Shown here in pieces: positions 57,620 to 64,000 of a DNA stretch of 64,000 nucleotides. Origin of the DNA: the human T2T-CHM13v2.0 reference genome, Homo sapiens. A model generated the notes under the pieces. The model was not told the DNA's origin and did not search any database. It saw only the letters and a program-made list of their open reading frames with translations. The DNA lies in the NCBI RefSeq assembly GCF_009914755.1, contig NC_060939.1. The stretch is one strand, 5' to 3'. The translations under genes were made by a program, and so were the position numbers. Numbering within the stretch: the first letter of the stretch is position 1; each line of letters begins with the position of its first letter.

Positions 57620-58152
57620 ATCCAAACAAGTGACTAAAAATAAAATCTAGGCATATACAGACAATGTGGGGAACAGAAGGAAACTTCAAAAAAGTCTTTA
57701 AGACTCATAGAGAGCTATAATAAGATAATGCATCCCTGAAACCAAAACTGCATGTTATAAATGAATACAGAATAAGAAAAAATGCAAAGTACAAATATGA
57801 TATAAATTATTCAACAACAGTCTAGTGAAAAATAGCTGAAGAAATCTTCTAGAAACTAGAACAAAAATGTTAAAGTAAACAAGAATCAGAGGATAAAAAA
57901 ACAATAATTTAGAGGATTATGCCAGAAAATGACTTTCAATCTGTAAATTTAAATATAAACAGAGCATCAATTAAATGTGTGGCATTTTTCAGATTTGCAA
58001 GATACTAAAAAAAAATTCATCTCATATTAGTTTCTTATTGCTGCTGTAACAAACAGCTAACAAAGTGGCTTAAAAAATCACAAAGTTTATTATTTCACAG
58101 GTCTAGAGGTCGGGAATCTGAAATGGGTCTGCAGGGCTATGCTCCTTTCATG

Positions 58153-58188
<36 letters not shown>

Positions 58189-59265
58189 CAGAGTTTCACT
58201 CTTGTCGCCCAGCATAGTAAATTTACTTGTGTAACAAAAAAAACACAAAATATCAATGGCTTAATACACATAATTTTTTCTCCCAGAAGATCTTTTTGTG
58301 AGAAAAGGGGCTTCTAGCAGTCACCTGCTATCCTTTGCTCAGAGCTCCTCCCTCTATCTTCAAAGCCAGCAGTGTAGAGTCTTCTCCCCTCTCTTGACAT
58401 CTTGTCTTCCTCTCATAAGAACTCTTTGATTATGTCCAGCCACCCAGACAATCCAGGGTAATTTAGCCCATCTCCTTAATCACATATGCAGTTCCTTTTG
58501 CCATATAAAATATCAACAGGTTCTGGAGGTAAGGATATAGACATCTTTGGGGGCCATTATTCTATCTACTACACTCCTATTTACCTTTTTCCAAGAAGGT
58601 ATTAGAGAATGTAGTTCATTTTTAAAAAGGGATTAAACAAAGAAAAAGGAAACAAGGGATCTAACACACAGGAGAGCAGTATTATGTTGGAGAAACCAGC
58701 AATCCTAAATAAACTAAAGGCTGTAACGCTGTAGGAAGAGTATCTGTAAGGAAAAAAAATCTACTGGATTAACTGATGTATTTCACTGTGATGCTTTAGC
58801 AGTTTGCCAGTGTTTGAGAACAGATAAATAATACATTAAAAATGGCAGTTAAGAGAAAGGAAAGTAAAAAGTTGTATTAAAAGTTAATGCGATCTTAGTA
58901 TACTATGTGCCTTGGGGTTGAATGACATTTACCTAGACAGTAGTGATAACACTAAATGTTGATTTAGCCAAAGCCTATGATATCACTATTGACAGGTGAA
59001 GGGACAAGAAGAGTGTATGAGGTAGAGAGGGAATGTTCACACACTTGGAGGTGGTGTTGTTACAAAAGACCTTTATCACTGCCTTCCACAGGAGAAAGTC
59101 AGTGGGTAATGTCTGAAATTGGAAAATCAAGAAACTGCAATGTAAGTATATTTAGACATGGGGGTAACAGATGAAATATTTAAAAGACTTGAATTTTCCT
59201 TTGGTGAGAAGAATTGAGAATAGAGTAGAAGGGTTGGGTACTACAGGGTTTTCTTTAACCTAGAA
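57620..59265 (+). mobile_element. Ancient HAL1/L1ME-like fragments interrupted by an antisense MLT1 LTR (~58025-58575) containing (TG)n 58156-58187 and an Alu scrap
   Basis: A-rich decayed ORF1-like sequence (aagataatgcatccctgaaac); MLT1 antisense tattagtttcttattgctgctgtaacaaa. Confidence 0.55.
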
Positions 59266-59267
59266 TG

Positions 59268-60045
59268 TGGCAAACTGTTAGTGCTCACCAATATGTGTGT
59301 GTTTCTCTACATTTCTCAGGATCCCCGGCAGTTAAAGTGGGGGCCTTGGGACTAAATTCTGGCCAACAGAATGTGGCCAAATTGATACATGTCATTTTTA
59401 GAGTTAACCTTGGGTAATTTGCCATACTTTCTTTCTTGTCAAACAAGCTAGTCCTAGAAGGCAGCAGAACCATTAAAAATAAAAACATCTGGCCTTGAAT
59501 TTAACATTTCGTCTGCCTAGAAATAGCCACAATGGATCTTTTGTGAGGAAAAAAAAAAGTGTATTAAACCACCGATATTTTGGGGTTTTCTGTTACAGAA
59601 GTAAATTCACTATGCTGGTTTTAAAACATGGACAAGAAATCTTTGCCAATCCTTTGAGAAGAGGGATCTATGTCTCCTTTCCTAAAATGGAACAGGACTT
59701 TGACACATTTGTAAGCAAAAGAAAGTGGGGGAAGTAGCACCGCGTTACTTTTTGAGGCAAGGTCAGAAAAGGTCAGGCAATTTTTGCCTTGTTCATTGCA
59801 ACACTCCCTTTGGAGCTCTGAGTTTAAGCTAAGAAGTCTGACTACCTTGCTGCCATACTGTGAGGAAACCCCGGCCATATAGTTACAGAAGCTCTGCTAG
59901 CATGCCCACTCTAGTCTTTCTAATTGAGTTACCAAAGAAAAGCTGATGACTATGCCCTATTGACAACACCACCTGTGAACATAATAAAATGGTTGTTTTA
60001 AGCCACCATATTTTGGAGTAATTTATTACATACGATAGCAACCCA
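59268..60045 (+). mobile_element. Degenerate MLT1 LTRs
   Basis: gactaaattctggccaacagaatgtgg; aataaaatggttgttttaagccac...ttttggagtaatttattaca terminal motif. Confidence 0.7.
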
Positions 60046-60212
60046 ATGCTCAATCTAACAAGTAGTATTATTTGCTTTTTAATCTGTGCAATTTAACTAC
60101 TTTGATAAAATTTAGAGTTAAACTAAAAAGGAAAATGGTTGTGAATTCTTCTTGGCTTATAGACTTTGCTATTCTACTTTCCCTACCCAGAAAATTCACC
60201 TTTCTCCCTAAA

Positions 60213-60482
60213 TCACTGGCTTTCAAACTTTTTAAGGTTTGAAATACAGTAAGAAATACATTTTACAAACAAGCCCTAGTGCACACATACACGCATATAT
60301 ACAATTAAAAGCTCCATAAAGCAGTACTTTACTAACTAACACTAAATTTACTTACATGCGCTGATATTTCCAATCTATATTGTTTCTTTTTTTTAAGTTT
60401 AAAGAGATTTCCTTGCTTACAAATGGGTCAAGACCTCCACTAATGGGTCCCACACAATCCCCTTTCCAGTTGAAAAACACTG
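60213..60482. mobile_element. hAT-Charlie DNA transposon remnant (Charlie4-like)
   Basis: Degenerate TIRs cactggctttcaaact ... agttgaaaaacactg. Confidence 0.6.
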
Positions 60483-61080
60483 TCCTAAACCTAAATCATT
60501 CTTCAAGGCCTTACCCAAGTCCGAAAAAGAAGCCTTTATTGACCACTCCATTCTCAGCTTTCTTGAAATTCCTGTAATTTATTAAATTCCATTTTTTATC
60601 TCAGTAGTAAGAATATTGCATTTTCTGTACTTGAATTTAACATGCTTTACTTGATATCGTGAGCACTTCTAGGGCATTGTAATGTCCTTTATCTACCACT
60701 TGATAAATTCAGAGTAGTCAATAAAACATTGCTCAACATTTGACCATTGTGTTTTAAAATCTTAGTTGTTAGAGTGCACTTCCGTTTGCGCATTGTTTGG
60801 GGAGAGGCACGGACAAATGTTCTAATAACTTATCCACATATTATACTTCAAAGTGGAAAAACACAAAGTACTCTTAACTCTATATGCGTGTTTTTATGCA
60901 AACTAAATCATTAAGATACAAATGATTTTTCTAATAGCTTTCATTACCACATAGCACACGAAATAATGATATTGATATAGCCACGAAAGACTAATGTAAC
61001 CAAGTTCTCACAATCAAAATATCTTTGAGGTGGGCAAAATGCAAACTTTTCTCTGGGATCAACATTTCTTCACAACTCAC

Positions 61081-61200
61081 TGCAACTACGCCTTGACAGT
61101 ATGTTTCGAGAACCGCTTCCCAATTTTGTTGTCCCAGCAAGAATCGGGAGGAAACTGGGTGAAAGGCTGCGAGGCTTGAGGCGGGTCCCGGACGAACGCG
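61081..61200 (-). other. FAM227B: Putative FAM227B non-coding exon 1 (TSS approximate)
   Basis: Strong donor GCA|gtgagt at 61081/61080 at the CpG island edge; no ATG in the segment. Confidence 0.7.
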
Positions 61201-61700
61201 GCCCTGCCCCTCGCCGGAGCCTCTCGGGAGAAGTGCGACACCGCCGCTGATTGAGAGGCTGAGGCGGAACTTCCCGTCTAACCCCCCCCCCCGCTGTCGT
61301 CCCAGCCTGTTGCTTAAGCCGCGCGGTGTGCGGTGTGCGCGGCCCCTGCCTTAGCAACGACGCTAGTAACTGCCTGGCTCCTCCCTCTGGTGTCTCCCGG
61401 AAAGCGCTCCGTCTGGTCCGTGCGCGATCACGGCCCGGCGCGTGGCTCGGGCTCGGGCGGAGCTGGAGACGTGTGGAGCTGTTCGAGGACTCGCGGGTGT
61501 GCAGGTCTGAGTACCACTCCGATCCCTGGTGGAGGTCCCCGCGCCTCTCTGGAGACCAGTGGTCTGGCCCCAGAGGTGCGGCCGCGGGAAGTGGACATTC
61601 TTTGTCAGGACCCTAGCGGAGGTCGCGCTGGGTGTCGCCTGTGAGGGGGATCCTCGGTTTCTGCGCGGTCTCTTGCTTTTTTTAGGATCTTGCGGGCCCT
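61130..61700. promoter_or_regulatory. CpG island / bidirectional promoter
   Basis: Only CpG-dense non-repeat tract in an AT-rich window; divergent splice donors on both sides; ETS-like GGCGGAACTTCCCG 61263-61276; X-box-like sites 61309-61370; C11 run 61282-61292. Confidence 0.9.
61400..61504 (+). other. DTWD1: Putative non-coding first exon of divergent gene, probably DTWD1 (start approximate; coding exons outside window)
   Basis: CAG|gtctga donor at 61504/61505 inside the CpG island; identity rests on recalled head-to-head FAM227B/DTWD1 order on human 15q21, not on visible coding sequence. Confidence 0.6.
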
Positions 61701-63810
61701 TTGGGAAAAAGGTTTCCAAATTTTTCCTCAAAAAAAAAATTATTTTTCCTACCAATGATTTTCGGTGCATTCCGCCCCAACGAAAAGTATGTCCTGGCAA
61801 AGTCAGTTCCCTAGGAACCCCATACTTTATTTTATTTTATTTTTAGTATTTGGAGTGGTTTGTGGGGGTTTGGTTATCACGGAAGGGGAAGCGTAGTACA
61901 GACGTAGAATTAGTGATGCCATGCAGTGTATTTAAAATATTGAGGTTGTGGTTACATAATAAGCAAAAGAGCCTGTTTCTTACGTCTAAATTATTTATTG
62001 GGAATGTAGGACAAATAAGGAAGTATATTAACATTTTCAGTCGCCAGGCCCACAAAGTTGGATGGTAAAATCAATACTGTAGATCGCAGCATGTAAGGAC
62101 TAACCCAGTGCACCATGAAAACGAAGGCAAGACAGTTTGTTACCATATGGCGGGTGGTGTGGGAGAGGCCATTGATCCTATATGAAAAAGGGTACTACTA
62201 CCTTGGATTATGAAAAATGAATGTTGGACCTGTAGGTCCTATGTGACCAAGTTCTTAAAAACACTCTAAAGAAAATTGGAAGTGGTTTTTTTCTAATACT
62301 GAATTGGTCCACAATATAGGACAGGGGAGTCTGTATAGTGTTCCATTGGGAGGTGAGTCAGCTTACAATAATGGAAGAGGTAGAAGCTTTTTGTTATTAT
62401 TTTGGAGAAAAAAAAATTGCCAGCCTGCCACTTGTGCTAGGCTGCAGACGGCCCATAAAGGTAGTTTGTCAGATACTTCAGTAGTGAGATGCTTACTGGA
62501 TGTGTTTTGCAGAATGGTTTTGATTTAGTTAACAAGTGTTTGTTGAGTTCCTGCTGTTGCATAAGAATCAGGAATAGGTGAGATCAGGGAAGGAATCTGC
62601 TCTTACAGAGTTGAATGCTGGAGGGGATAGATTCACTAAAGTACCTCCACAATAAATGCATTTTTCCATGTCAAATATGTGGAACTAATAATAAGTACTC
62701 AAAGAGGTTTAAGACATTGCTGTGGCCCATCTATGAGTTAATAAGGAACTGAATTAGAATCCTGACTTTGAGAGTGAAGATAGAGGATTATATACAAGGT
62801 AGATGCAACTTGGTGAGTATAATTAATTTGGGGTGGAAATTGGGTAGAAGGAGGAATAAAAAATTAATGTATTTTTAGCCTTAAGTTCCAGAATGATGGA
62901 CGCACCATCAAGGTGTTAAAATTGTTAGTTCCTTAGGAACAGTCTTTATGTTTTCTAAGTCTTTTTAGCCCCCATGACTCAAATTGTACTTCCTTGCACA
63001 TATTTGATGTTAACAAGTATGTTTTAAAAATTTTAAATAACCCCATTTGCAATAAAATCATTTGCAATGATTTTCTCACAGTCGAGGCAGGCTGTTGGCT
63101 CGGTTAGGACAGATGCCCTGATCATGTAGTTTCAGAGACCACTGGAGGGAGCTGCCCATGATTTACAATTGCTGGCCTCTTCTACGTGGCCACCTCAGCC
63201 ATAAGTGAGAGTATATAGGTGAACTAAGAGGTGGAGCCATAAACATTTCTCTTTTACTGTCTTACAGGTATTTGTGGTGGTTGATTTTTCTAGAGGAAGG
63301 TTATTTATATAAAGCTTCACTAATATCCATTTAGTTATGTGGATAGCAGGTCCATGAACTGCAAAGTGATATTTCTGAGGTATCTCTAGGAGGAATGCAC
63401 TTTCAGTGCCCTAGGATAACTCCAAAAACTCACCAGTAGTTTTCTGTTAAATGTCAGGCAACCACAGTAACTTTCATGACATCCACAGGAACTACATTTT
63501 TCAGTCCCACTATGCCTGGGCCTTTGAGTGGTACATGCATTCCCACTAAATAGCTACTCCATTACCCAGGGAAATGAAGTCAGGTTGAGCCACTCCAATC
63601 AAATTTCATTTTTTAGGATGAATCCCATCATCTGAATAACTCAGGACTATTAAAGCCTCAAAATGTTTCTCTGTAAGAACCTCAGGCAACACCAGGACAA
63701 ACCCAAAGAGAGTTTAGGTGAAACTTAGCTTCGTATGTGCAGCAAAGAGACGCCAACAGAGCATTTGCAACTCTCATTTCTGGGGACTATTAGGATCTCT
63801 TCCCAAGCTT

Positions 63811-63944
63811 TTTTTTTTTCTCTGTTTTAGAGATGGGATCTCACTTTGTTGTCCAGACTGTTCTCAAACTCTTGTGCTCAAGTAATCCTCCCACCTTAAC
63901 CTCCCAAATGCTAGTATTATAGGCATGAGCCACCATGCGTGGCC
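63811..63944 (-). mobile_element. FLAM / Alu monomer
   Basis: Poly-T plus single arm; perfect TSD cttcccaagctt at 63799-63810 and 63945-63956. Confidence 0.93.
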
Positions 63945-64000
63945 CTTCCCAAGCTTGGAACTTCCTTACCTGGGTCGTAGATGGACTCTAGGAGATCTCC

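Noticed and set aside
61070-61846. ORFs of 95-145 aa on both strands of the CpG island
   Set aside because: Typical GC-rich chance ORFs; the minus ORF hits a TGA soon after splicing to exon 2; no recognisable homology.

Overview
Primate (very likely human) genomic DNA, mostly transposon-derived intron. The minus strand carries the 5' part of FAM227B (C15orf33): a putative non-coding exon 1 at the CpG island (~61.1-61.2 kb) and eight coding exons (55500-55550, 51594-51647, 30159-30390, 28423-28490, 18036-18071, 17148-17252, 15418-15516, 8652-8753). These join at GT-AG sites into one open 747-nt frame (249 aa, MAGQRTCQRR...SRKDAFFQ) containing the FWWW motif of the FAM227/FWWh family; the gene continues past position 1. 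The CpG island looks like a bidirectional promoter with RFX- and ETS-like motifs. The plus-strand partner is probably DTWD1, known from recalled gene order only, since no DTWD1 coding sequence is visible. The rest is decayed L1 (including a ~16-kb nested stack), Alu/FLAM, MaLR/ERV LTRs, DNA transposons and microsatellites. I see no evidence of a new biological system. The most notable items are retrotransposition signatures: a polyadenylated, U5-less MER41 retrocopy, an L1 3' transduction with a traceable 47-bp tag, a twin-primed inverted L1, a MADE1 hairpin with symmetric substitutions, and a FLAM abutting a splice donor that extends the reading frame. Repeat subfamily names come from recalled consensus sequences, and repeat boundaries are approximate unless TSDs are quoted.
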